From Clostridia bacterium (GTDB lineage: Bacteria; Bacillota; Clostridia; Christensenellales; UBA1242): a DNA stretch of 64,000 nucleotides. Shown piece by piece: positions 54,912 through 64,000 of this stretch. The stretch's first letter is position 1; each line of letters begins with the position of its first letter. Location of the stretch: the NCBI GenBank assembly GCA_900768545.1, contig CAAGDD010000004.1, positions 17,250 to 81,249 on the forward strand. Reading direction: 5' to 3'. The notes under the pieces were generated by a model. It did not search any database. It was given only the letters and a program-made list of their open reading frames with translations, and had not been told where the DNA came from. The position numbers and the translations under genes were made by a program.

Positions 54912-57560
54912 ATGAAAAAATATGTTTACTTGTTTAAAGAAGCTGACGGCAAAAACAAAGCGCTTTTCGGCGGGAAGGGAGCAAACCTTGCTGAAATGAC
55001 AAAAATTGGCTTGCCAGTTCCACAAGGTTTTTCAATCACAACTGAGGCCTGCACAAAATATTATGAAGACGGCAAAAGAATCAATGAAGACATTGAAAAA
55101 CAAATCAACGAAAAACTTGCTCAAATCGAAAAAATCACAGGGAAGAAATTTGGCGATCCAACAAACCCATTGCTTGTTTCAGTTCGTTCTGGCGCAAGAG
55201 TGTCAATGCCTGGAATGATGGACACTATCTTAAACCTTGGTCTTAATGACGAAGTTGTTGTAGGTCTTGCAAAACTTACAAACAATGAAAGATTTGCTTA
55301 TGACTCATATCGTCGTTTTATCCAAATGTTCAGCGATGTTGTTATGCAACAAGACAAATCAAAATATGAAAGAATTTTGGACGAAATCAAAGAAAAGAAA
55401 GGTGTTAAATTTGACAAAGACCTTACTGCTGACGATTTGAAAGAAATTGTTAAACTCTTCAAAAAATTGTATAAAGAAGCACAAAAGGTTGAATTCCCAC
55501 AAGAACCTAAAACTCAACTTATCGAAGCGGTTAAAGCCGTATTCCGTTCTTGGGACAACGAAAGAGCCAACGTTTATAGAAGAATGCACGACATTCCATA
55601 CAACTGGGGCACAGCCGTAAATGTTCAATCAATGGTATTTGGAAATATGGGCGAAGACAGCGGCACAGGCGTTGCTTTCACAAGAAACCCATCTACTGGT
55701 GACAACGCTTTGTATGGCGAATATTTGATGAACGCACAAGGCGAAGACGTTGTTGCGGGAATTAGAACTCCACAACCTATTGCACAACTTGAAAAACAAA
55801 ACCCAGAAGTTTATGCTCAATTTGTGGCAATCGCAAAAAAACTTGAAAATCACTATAAAGATATGCAAGATATGGAATTTACCATTGAAAAAGGCAAACT
55901 CTATATGCTTCAAACAAGAAACGGCAAACGCACAGCCAAGGCTGCTTTGAAAATTGCTGTTGACCTTGTAAAAGAAGGAATGATTGACGAAAAGACCGCT
56001 CTTTTGATGATCGATCCAAAACAACTCGATGCTTTGTTGCACCCAACTTTTGACGAAAAAGCATTGAAAAAAGCAGAAGTTATCGGCGAAGCACTCCCAG
56101 CATCTCCTGGCGCTGCTTGCGGAAAAATCTGCTTCACTGCTGAAAAAGCAAAAGAAGAAGGCGGAAAGAAAGGCAAAGTTGTTCTTGTTAGACTTGAAAC
56201 ATCTCCTGAAGATATTGAAGGAATGGCTGCTTCTCAAGGCGTTTTGACTTGCAGAGGTGGAATGACATCTCACGCAGCCGTAGTTGCTCGTGGAATGGGA
56301 ACTTGCTGCGTTGCAGGTTGCTCGGCAATCAAATTTGCAGATGACGGAAAATCTTTCACTCTTGGTGGAAAAACTTATAAAGAAGGAGATGTTATCTCTT
56401 TCGACGGTTCAACCGGAAAAATTTATGATGGCGAAGTAGCCACAGTTGATGCAAAAATCTCTGGCGAATTTGCTACTATTATGGAATGGGCTGACAAATA
56501 TAGAGATTTGTCAATTAGAACAAACGCAGACAATCCTCGTGATACTGCTGTTGCTTTCTCATTCGGCGCAGAAGGTGTTGGACTTTGCAGAACAGAACAC
56601 ATGTTCTTTGAAGCAGACAGAATTCCTGCAGTTAGAGAAATGATCGTTTCAACAACTGTTGAAGAAAGAAAGAAAGCTCTCAAAAAATTGCTCCCAATGC
56701 AACAAAAAGACTTCAAGGGCATCTTCAAGGCTATGAAGGGTCGTCCTGTTACAATTCGTTTCTTGGATCCACCACTTCACGAATTCTTGCCACATGAAGA
56801 CGCTGATATCAAAGATTTGGCAAAAGAAATGGGCTTGACTTTCAAACATCTTAAAGCAACTGTTGAAAGTTTGCACGAATTCAACCCAATGATGGGTCAC
56901 AGAGGTCTTAGACTTGCTGTTACTTATCCAGAAATCGCTGAAATGCAAACAGAAGCTGTTATCAAAGCCGCTTTGGAAGTTAGAAAAGAAGAAGGATTTG
57001 ACGTTGTTCCTGAAATTATGATCCCACTTACTTGCGATAGCGTTGAATTTAAATATGTTAAAGATATCGTTACAGCGACAGCTGACAAGATTTTAGCTGA
57101 TCACAACGCTGATATGAAATACAAAGTCGGCACAATGATCGAAATACCACGTGCTGCTATCACTGCTGACCAAATTGCTAAATATGCTGAATTCTTCTCA
57201 TTTGGAACAAACGATTTGACTCAAATGACTTATGGTTTCTCTCGTGATGATGCTGGAAAATTCTTGGACGTTTATTATCAAAAGAAAATTTTTGAAAGCG
57301 ATCCATTTGCTCGTCTTGACCAAAACGGCGTTGGTAAACTTGTAAGAATTGCTGCCGAACTTGGAAGAAGCACAAGACCAAACATCAAACTTGGAATCTG
57401 TGGCGAACATGGTGGCGATCCATCATCTGTAGAATTCTGCCATAGAGTAGGACTCAATTATGTTTCTTGCTCTCCATACAGAGTTCCTATCGCAAGACTT
57501 GCTGCAGCTCAAGCTGCTATCAAATATCCAAGAAAAAAGAAAGGTTGGTTTCATAAATAA
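54912..57560 (+). CDS. ppdK: Pyruvate, phosphate dikinase
   Basis: 882 aa with FGGKGANLAEM, the phospho-His motif GGMTSHAAVVARG and a C-terminal PEP-utilising TIM barrel with GICGE. Confidence 0.95.
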   Translation: MKKYVYLFKEADGKNKALFGGKGANLAEMTKIGLPVPQGFSITTEACTKYYEDGKRINEDIEKQINEKLAQIEKITGKKFGDPTNPLLVSVRSGARVSMPGMMDTILNLGLNDEVVVGLAKLTNNERFAYDSYRRFIQMFSDVVMQQDKSKYERILDEIKEKKGVKFDKDLTADDLKEIVKLFKKLYKEAQKVEFPQEPKTQLIEAVKAVFRSWDNERANVYRRMHDIPYNWGTAVNVQSMVFGNMGEDSGTGVAFTRNPSTGDNALYGEYLMNAQGEDVVAGIRTPQPIAQLEKQNPEVYAQFVAIAKKLENHYKDMQDMEFTIEKGKLYMLQTRNGKRTAKAALKIAVDLVKEGMIDEKTALLMIDPKQLDALLHPTFDEKALKKAEVIGEALPASPGAACGKICFTAEKAKEEGGKKGKVVLVRLETSPEDIEGMAASQGVLTCRGGMTSHAAVVARGMGTCCVAGCSAIKFADDGKSFTLGGKTYKEGDVISFDGSTGKIYDGEVATVDAKISGEFATIMEWADKYRDLSIRTNADNPRDTAVAFSFGAEGVGLCRTEHMFFEADRIPAVREMIVSTTVEERKKALKKLLPMQQKDFKGIFKAMKGRPVTIRFLDPPLHEFLPHEDADIKDLAKEMGLTFKHLKATVESLHEFNPMMGHRGLRLAVTYPEIAEMQTEAVIKAALEVRKEEGFDVVPEIMIPLTCDSVEFKYVKDIVTATADKILADHNADMKYKVGTMIEIPRAAITADQIAKYAEFFSFGTNDLTQMTYGFSRDDAGKFLDVYYQKKIFESDPFARLDQNGVGKLVRIAAELGRSTRPNIKLGICGEHGGDPSSVEFCHRVGLNYVSCSPYRVPIARLAAAQAAIKYPRKKKGWFHK

Positions 57561-57577
57561 ATCACAAACTTTTTAAA

Positions 57578-57604
57578 AGGTGCACTTTGGTGCATCTTTT
57601 TTTT
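57578..57604 (+). terminator. Intrinsic terminator after ppdK
   Basis: AGGTGCAC-tttg-GTGCATCT followed by a T run. Confidence 0.7.
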
Positions 57605-57707
57605 GTCTTTTTAAGGCGTGGGGTGAAGTTTGAAAAAAAAGTGTAATGAAAAAAATGAGAGAGAAATATGAGAAGTGAAAAAGTGGCGGAAATGGTCAAA
57701 AATGAGC

Positions 57708-57841
57708 GGGCGACGGAAAAGCAAATCGAAAGATTTGCTTTTTTGTTGCAAAAGGCGACAAGGTGCTGGAGTTTTTGTGAGCCGTTTTACGCCTTTTGCA
57801 ACGCTGCCGCGCCGCAGGCTTTGCCGCGGCAGCCGTCGCCC
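57708..57841 (-). repeat. GC-rich cloverleaf-like intergenic element, copy D
   Basis: Closing stem GGGCGACGG/CCGTCGCCC. Plus-strand hairpins are AAAAGCAAATC-gaaa-GATTTGCTTTT, GTTGCAAAAGGCG...CGCCTTTTGCAAC and GCTGCCGCG...CGCGGCAGC. Confidence 0.7.
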
Positions 57842-57893
57842 CGTCCGCACAGCACACTCCAATATCGCATCGCCCACGCACTCACTCAATTTT

Positions 57894-58118
57894 TTATTCC
57901 AACACAACATTTCCGCACATAACATCAAAATAAGAAAAAGTTTGAAGTTTGTCATCGGCAGTCTTGATTGTGAAAACACTTGGATACACATCTTTAATAG
58001 TTGCGGTCAAGTTTTCAATTCGTTTTCGTCCACGATTTATTTTCATTTGAATGTCTTGCCCTTTGAGCATAGTTATTTTCGATTTAATTTCGTCCAAGCC
58101 ATATATAATTTTTCTCAT
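57894..58118 (-). CDS. veg: Veg family protein
   Basis: 74 aa. LDEIKSKITMLKGQDIQMKINRGRKRIENLTATIKDVYPSVFTI is collinear with B. subtilis Veg. An AAGGAGA SD is present. Confidence 0.8.
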   Translation of the reverse strand: MRKIIYGLDEIKSKITMLKGQDIQMKINRGRKRIENLTATIKDVYPSVFTIKTADDKLQTFSYFDVMCGNVVLE

Positions 58119-58233
58119 AAAAATCTCCTTAACCCGATTTTTCCCAAAAATAAAAAACTTAAACAAAAGTGTTCTAACTTCGATTTTGTGCAAGTATATT
58201 ATAATGTTTAAAAGTTTTGAAATTGGAGGGGTT

Positions 58234-59748
58234 ATGTCTTTTGAAACAAACAAATTTAGTGTGGTGAAGAAAAAGCGTCTTGCAAAATCTTCGTTTTCAG
58301 TTGAATGCAATGTTCAAACAGAAGTCGAGATCGACAAGATTTTGTCAGTTTGCCACAACGCAACAGCGGACACTGCCGAAATTTTAAACGGCGAAGTGAA
58401 TTACACAGGAACAATCGAATTGTGCATTTTATATTGCACAGCAGACGGCGAAGTTGGAACAATCAATTCGACTTGCCCATTTGCGTCAAAATTTACAGAT
58501 TCTGCAATCACTGTGGGCGACAAAGTTGGCATTGATGTGACTGTTGAAGATTATTCGATAGACAATATTTCTGCCACAAACATTAAAATCGCATGTATGC
58601 TCGAACAATCTGGCGTTTTGATTTCGACTTGTGAAACACAAAAAGCCACAAGCGGCGATGAAAATATGTGCATAAAAGAAGATGAAATGCTTGTAAACAC
58701 TTTGGTCGGTGAAGCAAAAGAAACTTTCAATGTTGAAAGCACAATTTCAATCAAAGAACCTGTCAAAAAAGTTTTGTCTTCACAAAGTCAAGTTGCTTTA
58801 AAAAGTGTTGAAAGTGGTGTAAATTTTGTGTCAGTTTCTGGTGAAGTGATCACAAGAATTTTGTATTTGACCGAAAAAGACCGTTTTGAAACCGCTTACA
58901 CAAGTGAAAATTTCAAAGAAGAAATTGAACTTGAAGGCGTAACTCGCGACGCGATCAGTGACGCAAAAGCGTGCATTCGAAACAGTATGGTTCAATGCCA
59001 ACTCGATCAAAACGACAAAGGAATGACAATAAAATATACAATTCCAGTCGAAGTGAGAGTTGTGTCATATCTTGAAAAGAAAGAAACCATTGTCAAAGAT
59101 CTTTACAGCACGACAAATGATTTGGAAGTTACAACGGGTTCGTTTGATATGACTTGGCAAAAACAAAGCGACTTTTTCGAAACAAAAATTGATGGCACTT
59201 TGACCCTTGATGAAGATAAGCCAAGAGTTGACAAGGTTATGTTTGTCGGAGGAACAAATTTGACTATTACAAACGCGTATATCAAAAATGAAGAAGTTAC
59301 GGTCGAAGGTGTTGCAAAAACAAATGTTGTGTATCTTAATGATGAAACAAATTCGCTTCATAGTGTGACAATGGAAGTTCCATTTGTGGTTAGTGACAAA
59401 GCAAATATCACTTGTGACGCGGCTCAAGTCGAAGTTAGAGCGACAATTTATGATGTAGATGTCGTTGTTAAAAAGGGCAGAGAATTTTATTTTGACGCAA
59501 AACTCAAAATTCAAACAAGTTATGATTGTGATGAAGTTGGTGCGGTTATTTCAAATGTTGAAGTGGCGTCACAACTTCCAGAAAAAGATTGTGCAATAGA
59601 ACTTTTCCTTGCTCCACAAGGTGAAACATCTTGGGATGTAGCAAAAAATGCAAAGGTCAAAGAAGAACAAATTTTGCTTCAAAACCCAGAACTTGTTTTC
59701 CCACTCGAACAAGATGCAAACATCATCATTTATTATCAAAAACAATAA
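58234..59748 (+). CDS. SPOCS/DUF3794-like repeat protein (sporulation-associated family)
   Basis: The ATG at 58234 follows GGAGGGG. 504 aa of repeated beta-rich modules. The assignment rests on pattern similarity only. Confidence 0.45.
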   Translation: MSFETNKFSVVKKKRLAKSSFSVECNVQTEVEIDKILSVCHNATADTAEILNGEVNYTGTIELCILYCTADGEVGTINSTCPFASKFTDSAITVGDKVGIDVTVEDYSIDNISATNIKIACMLEQSGVLISTCETQKATSGDENMCIKEDEMLVNTLVGEAKETFNVESTISIKEPVKKVLSSQSQVALKSVESGVNFVSVSGEVITRILYLTEKDRFETAYTSENFKEEIELEGVTRDAISDAKACIRNSMVQCQLDQNDKGMTIKYTIPVEVRVVSYLEKKETIVKDLYSTTNDLEVTTGSFDMTWQKQSDFFETKIDGTLTLDEDKPRVDKVMFVGGTNLTITNAYIKNEEVTVEGVAKTNVVYLNDETNSLHSVTMEVPFVVSDKANITCDAAQVEVRATIYDVDVVVKKGREFYFDAKLKIQTSYDCDEVGAVISNVEVASQLPEKDCAIELFLAPQGETSWDVAKNAKVKEEQILLQNPELVFPLEQDANIIIYYQKQ

Positions 59749-59810
59749 TCTAAAATAAAATTACAAATTTTGAAAACAACAAAAACACCTCAAAATTTCA
59801 AAAAAAATAC

Positions 59811-59839
59811 AAAAAATCGCATTTTTTTGCGATTTTTTT
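59811..59839 (+). terminator. Intrinsic terminator
   Basis: AAAAATCGCA-ttttt-TGCGATTTTT. Confidence 0.65.
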
Positions 59840-59876
59840 ATTATTTTGCGTCAAAAATTGATTTAGAAGGTGAGAA

Positions 59877-60398
59877 ATGAAATATTTAATTGCTGTTTTT
59901 GGAGTGATCGCTGTTGTGTGTGGAATATGTTTTTGCAGACAAAAACCTGCTGTTGAAAATGATTTTGTTCGCATTCATGTGACTGCAAATTCGACAAGTG
60001 CGAGCGATGAGAATATAAAATATTTGGTCAAAGATGCTGTTGTTGAATTTTTGATTCCGTATCTTGCCGACGCTCAAAACAAGCAAGAAGCACAAAAAAT
60101 TATCGAAGAAAATTTGCCACAAATTGAAAATTTAGTTTGTCAAACATTGAAAAATCAAAATGTTTTTTATGGTTGCCGTGTGTCGATTGAAAGCGAAAAT
60201 CTGCCAACTCGCGCCTATGGTGATTTGGTGCTCGAAGAAGGTGTTTATGATTGTTTAAAAATTGATCTCGGTCAAGCCAAAGGTGATAATTGGTGGTGTG
60301 TGGTCTTCCCTGCTGTTTGTTTTGTTTCGTCAAAAAATCCGCAAAACTATGAGTATATTTCAAAAATTTGGGACATTATAAATAAAGAAAAACGTTAG
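59877..60398 (+). CDS. spoIIR: Stage II sporulation protein R
   Basis: Signal anchor, FVRIHVTANSTSASDENIKYLVKDAV and the later NWWCVVFP motif typical of SpoIIR. Confidence 0.85.
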   Translation: MKYLIAVFGVIAVVCGICFCRQKPAVENDFVRIHVTANSTSASDENIKYLVKDAVVEFLIPYLADAQNKQEAQKIIEENLPQIENLVCQTLKNQNVFYGCRVSIESENLPTRAYGDLVLEEGVYDCLKIDLGQAKGDNWWCVVFPAVCFVSSKNPQNYEYISKIWDIINKEKR

Positions 60399-60406
60399 GA
60401 GGAATT

Positions 60407-61087
60407 ATGAAAAAACGATTTTTAGCCGTTGCTTTTGCCGTTGTGTTTGCGGTCTTGGCAATTGGCACAACCGCAATTTGTGTCACTACATATTTGCCGT
60501 CGAGCGTCGAAGTAGCTCTTGCGGCACTCACAAAAACTCAAACACGAACTGTTCAAACAAAACTTAAACGCTGGGGATATTACAATGGCACGATTGACGG
60601 AATTTATGGAAATCAAACACGCCAAGCGGTCAAGAGTTTTCAAAAGAAAAATCGTTTGACTGTTGACGGAATTGTCGGCAAAAAGACAGCGGCTGCTTTG
60701 GGAATGACTTTAAATAGCGACGACACGTCGACATCAAACAATGACCTTTATCTTTTGGCAAAGTGCGTCTATGCTGAAGCACGTGGCGAAAGTTACACTG
60801 GTCAAGTTGCTGTGGCGGCCGTGATTTTAAATAGAGTAAAAAGCCCAGATTTTCCAAACACAGTTGCGGGCGTAATTTATCAACCTTGGGCGTTTACTGC
60901 GGTCAATGACGGGCAGATAAATCTTGAGCCAAATAAAACAGCATACAATGCAGCGCGTGATGCGATGAATGGTTGGGATCCTACTTATGGCTCGCTTTAT
61001 TATTACAATGCAAGAACTGCAACAAGCAAGTGGATTTACAACAAAAAGACAGTTGTCACAATCGGCAACCATGTCTTTGCTGTCTAG
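60407..61087 (+). CDS. sleB: Spore cortex-lytic enzyme SleB
   Basis: PG_binding_1 repeat (LKRWGYYNGTIDGIYGNQTRQAVKSFQ) plus a Hydrolase_2 domain (YAEARGESYTGQVAVAAVILNR...YQPWAFT). Confidence 0.85.
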   Translation: MKKRFLAVAFAVVFAVLAIGTTAICVTTYLPSSVEVALAALTKTQTRTVQTKLKRWGYYNGTIDGIYGNQTRQAVKSFQKKNRLTVDGIVGKKTAAALGMTLNSDDTSTSNNDLYLLAKCVYAEARGESYTGQVAVAAVILNRVKSPDFPNTVAGVIYQPWAFTAVNDGQINLEPNKTAYNAARDAMNGWDPTYGSLYYYNARTATSKWIYNKKTVVTIGNHVFAV

Positions 61088-61096
61088 GAGGTAATT

Positions 61097-62719
61097 ATGG
61101 CAGAAAATAAAAAACAACAAAAAATCACTCAAAAACAAGAAAAAAACTTAAAAAAAGATAATTTTTCATTAAGGAATGCTCCAAAAAGTGAAAATAAAAG
61201 TGAAAACAACAATAAAAATAATGCAAAAAAATCGGGCACTAAAATAGAAAACAAACCAAATCTTGATGACAAAAAACAAGATTTGAAAGTTTTAAATGAC
61301 AAAAATTTAAACTCAAAACCTTCTCAAACTGAAAAATCGAGCGACTCAAAGTTTTCGCCAAAACATAACAAAAAAAGATTTGGTGGAAAGAATGTTGCTA
61401 TGCTTGGGCTTGCTATTTCAACGGCAGTTTTGGGTGTTATGACGACAGGTTTTGCTATTGGATATGGTGTTGTTCAGTCGCAAGCAAACAATTATTCGAC
61501 CCAACTTGAAAATGTTTACAAGAAAAATTATTACGAGCTTGTTGACAATGTCAACAGCGCGGATATGAAGCTTTCAAAATTGTTGGTCGCAAACAACAAA
61601 GATTATTCATCGAAAATGCTGTCTCAACTTTCTCAAACTGCGAAGGAAATGCAAAACAATGTTGCGACTTTGCCACTTTCAAGCGACGCGATTGTGCAAA
61701 GTGTGAGATTTATAAATCAAATGTCGGGCTACACCGAAGTGCTTGATGAGAAGTTGTCAAAAGGCGGAGTTTTGACCCAACAGGATCTTGAAACTTTGGC
61801 GGATATGCACGACGCGTTGACAGATATGAAGCGATATCTTAATCAAATGTCGCTCAATATGATGAATGGATACAGCATTTTGCAGTCGAGTTCGGTGCAA
61901 GATGGTGACTATGACAGTTTTACAATCGAGTTTGCTCAAATTCGATCGGAAGACGCTGATTTTCCAACGATGATTTATGACGGACCGTTTTCAGATTCGG
62001 TCGTGAATCAAAAAATCAAAGGGCTGTCTGGCAACACGATTTCAAAAGACGAAGCTTATCAAAAAATTGACAAAATTTTCAAAAATGTCGCAAACATAAA
62101 ATTTGCAGGTGAAACAGAAGGGCGATTCGCGGCTTACAATTTCTTAATGCAAAACACTGACGGCAAAAAGATGTTTATTGAAGTGTCGAAGGTTGGTGGC
62201 AATATTTTGACCGTAAGTGGGAATATAGATAGCGGCGCCAAAAATATCGATTATGACCATGCTGAAAAAATCGCACTTGATTTTGTGAAAGAAAACGGAA
62301 TCGAAAACGCAAAAGTTGTTTGGCATGAAGAACTTGACAGTCAAATTTATCTCAACATTGCTCCAACTCAAGACGGCGTGATTTTGTATCCTGACCTTGT
62401 CAAAGTGAAAGTTGATATGACCGACGCAAATGTGATTGGATATGACTCAATTCCTTATTGGACAAATCATACAAGCCGCACGCTGGGCGCGGTGACACAA
62501 ACAATTGATCAAGCGCGAGCAAAAATTTTGCCAGAATTTGAAATAAAAAATCAAAGACTTGTGCTTTCTCCACTTGACTACAATCGTGAAGTTTTGTGCT
62601 ATGAATTTGAATGTGTTAAAGACGGCGCAACATATTATTTCTATATAAATGCAAACACTGATGTTGTTGAAAATATCTTGAAAGTTGTGCACACAAACGA
62701 TTCTAGCAAACTGATGTAA
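61097..62719 (+). CDS. ypeB: Germination protein YpeB with K/N-rich N-terminal extension
   Basis: TM helix, YpeB N-domain (QLENVYKKNYYELVDNV) and C-terminal PepSY-like repeats. Immediately follows sleB. Confidence 0.8.
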   Translation: MAENKKQQKITQKQEKNLKKDNFSLRNAPKSENKSENNNKNNAKKSGTKIENKPNLDDKKQDLKVLNDKNLNSKPSQTEKSSDSKFSPKHNKKRFGGKNVAMLGLAISTAVLGVMTTGFAIGYGVVQSQANNYSTQLENVYKKNYYELVDNVNSADMKLSKLLVANNKDYSSKMLSQLSQTAKEMQNNVATLPLSSDAIVQSVRFINQMSGYTEVLDEKLSKGGVLTQQDLETLADMHDALTDMKRYLNQMSLNMMNGYSILQSSSVQDGDYDSFTIEFAQIRSEDADFPTMIYDGPFSDSVVNQKIKGLSGNTISKDEAYQKIDKIFKNVANIKFAGETEGRFAAYNFLMQNTDGKKMFIEVSKVGGNILTVSGNIDSGAKNIDYDHAEKIALDFVKENGIENAKVVWHEELDSQIYLNIAPTQDGVILYPDLVKVKVDMTDANVIGYDSIPYWTNHTSRTLGAVTQTIDQARAKILPEFEIKNQRLVLSPLDYNREVLCYEFECVKDGATYYFYINANTDVVENILKVVHTNDSSKLM

Positions 62720-62773
62720 AATCCCAAAAACACTTGATAAAATTAAAGATAAAATCATAAAATCAAATTTAAT

Positions 62774-62830
62774 AAAATAATAAAAAAAATAAAAAATAAT
62801 AAAAAAAATAAAAAATAATAAAAAAACGAT
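62774..62830. repeat. A-rich tandem repeat (about 19-nt unit, about 3 copies)
   Basis: AAAAAATAATAAAAAAAAT repeated in the spacer between convergent 3' ends. Confidence 0.6.
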
Positions 62831-63012
62831 AAAAATATCAAAAATTTATCAAAAAAAACTTTAAAAAATTTTAAATTTATATAAAAATAATATAATTATG
62901 AAAATGAATTCTCTCAAAAATGATGTGCTAAATCAACAATATTTACATGAAAAAATTTATATTTAAAGTAAAAAAATGGCGTTTTAAATTTAAAAATTTC
63001 AAAAAAAGCAAA

Positions 63013-63042
63013 CAAAAAAACACCCGATTTGGGTGTTTTTTA
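63013..63042. terminator. Bidirectional terminator (serves spoVG)
   Basis: AAAAAACACCC-gattt-GGGTGTTTTTT. Confidence 0.7.
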
Positions 63043-63050
63043 TTTTATTG

Positions 63051-63338
63051 TTATTGAGCATCTGCGTTGTTAGCGAGAGCTTTTTCATATTCAGCAACGA
63101 TTCTGTTTTTAAGCATTTCTCTAACTTCGGTTTTGATTGGATGAACAATATCTTTGAAATCGCCTTCGTTTGTTTTTCTGCTAGGCATTGAAAGAAAATA
63201 TCCATCTTTTCCGTTGATGACTTTGATGTCGTGAACTACGAGTTCATCATCGATTGTGATTGAAGCTACTGCTTTGAGTTTGTCGTTGTTGTTGCTGTTT
63301 ACGATTCTAACTCTTACATCTGTAATTTTCAAGTCCAT
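63051..63338 (-). CDS. spoVG: Septation/sporulation regulator SpoVG
   Basis: MDLKITDVRVRIV...LKAVASITIDDELVVHDIKVINGKDGYFLSMPSRK is the canonical SpoVG sequence. Confidence 0.95.
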   Translation of the reverse strand: MDLKITDVRVRIVNSNNNDKLKAVASITIDDELVVHDIKVINGKDGYFLSMPSRKTNEGDFKDIVHPIKTEVREMLKNRIVAEYEKALANNADAQ

Positions 63339-63459
63339 TTACCTTCCTTTTTTAGATTAACCTTCTTGTTGGTCAAAATAATTATAGCATATTGTCAAAA
63401 ATTCACAAAATATTTTTTCGTCTTTGTCAAATATTTTTTCGATAACATATATCAAAAAT

Positions 63460-64000
63460 ATGAAATATTATCTTTTGGGAATAGGTGGAGTTTCGATGTC
63501 GGCGCTTGCAATTTTGCTGAAAAATTTTGGACATGAAGTGGGCGGATATGACGAAAAAAGTTCTCATGTGACAAAGTCGCTCCAAGATGGTGGCATTGAT
63601 GTCGATTTTTGTTTGAACAAAGACAAAATGAACTGTGCTGATATTATTGTTTTTTCGTCGGCTTTCAAAACAGGAAATCCAATTTTTGATTATGCAAAAT
63701 CTTTGAATAAGAAAGTTTTTTGTCGCGGAAAATTGCTGGGTGAAATATCAAATCGTTATGAAAAAACGATAGCGGTCGCGGGAGCGCACGGAAAGACTAC
63801 TGTCACTTCGATGATTTTTGAAGTGTTAAAATGTGCTAGAAAAAATCCAACGTTGCACCTTGGCGGATTTCGTCGAGAAAACAACAAAAATTATTATATT
63901 GGTGACAGTGAATATTTTGTGACCGAAGCGTGCGAGTATTGCGACAATTTTTTATATCTTTATCCTTATTTGAGTGTCGTGACAAATGTTGAAAAAGAGC
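63460..64000 (+). CDS. murC: UDP-N-acetylmuramate--L-alanine ligase, N-terminal part (3' end cut by window edge)
   Basis: YYLLGIGGVSMSALAILL (Rossmann-type N-domain) and GAHGKTT ATP-binding motif. Confidence 0.85.
   Translation, partial: MKYYLLGIGGVSMSALAILLKNFGHEVGGYDEKSSHVTKSLQDGGIDVDFCLNKDKMNCADIIVFSSAFKTGNPIFDYAKSLNKKVFCRGKLLGEISNRYEKTIAVAGAHGKTTVTSMIFEVLKCARKNPTLHLGGFRRENNKNYYIGDSEYFVTEACEYCDNFLYLYPYLSVVTNVEKE

Noticed and set aside
57611-58211. Overlapping ORFs on both strands (57611-57991 -, 57675-58211 +, 57696-57881 -, 57668-57922 +) lie in the GC-rich spacer after ppdK.
   Set aside because: They are mutually overlapping, Arg/Ala/Pro-rich artefacts of the GC-rich palindromic element D. 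The only credible gene here is veg (57894-58118, minus), which has its own SD.

Overview
This is a low-GC, compact Firmicutes/Clostridia-type chromosome segment from an endospore former; spoIIE, spoIIR, sleB-ypeB, cwlD-like, spoVG and veg are all present. Most genes are housekeeping and follow Bacillus-like synteny. Recognisable blocks are the tail of the ribosomal alpha operon (rpsK-rpsD-rpoA-rplQ), murB, dtd, whiA-dnaE-pfkA, tkt, tilS, T-box-controlled tyrS, recX-acpS followed by a mazF module, rpoZ-priA-def-fmt-rlmN-rsgA-rpe, an ABC-F ATPase, ppdK, one tRNA-Glu(CUC), and a partial murC. I saw no CRISPR array, rRNA, transposase, integrase or obvious phage block. The most unusual signal is non-coding. 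Five GC-rich intergenic elements of 109-134 nt (30022, 31463, 36973, 50925, 57708) each have a 9-13 bp closing stem around three hairpins, always starting with a short GC-rich hairpin. Each lies just 3' of a gene, in that gene's sense orientation. Three of them share the terminus GGGGCGAAAA/TTTTCGCCCC, but their internal helices have unrelated sequence, so structure is conserved while sequence is not. Other items worth a second look:
- a NifU-like plus GGGtGRT two-gene operon of unknown function
- two tandem paralogs with a near-identical 120-bp 3' module and diverged 5' halves
- leader-peptide/terminator arrangements upstream of an ABC exporter and of the ABC-F gene
- a MazF toxin paired with a non-RHH upstream partner
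- a shikimate-kinase-like protein with a degenerate P-loop
- a second pair of uncharacterised paralogs downstream of an ASCH gene
All functional calls come from reading the translated motifs and from gene order. No database search was run.
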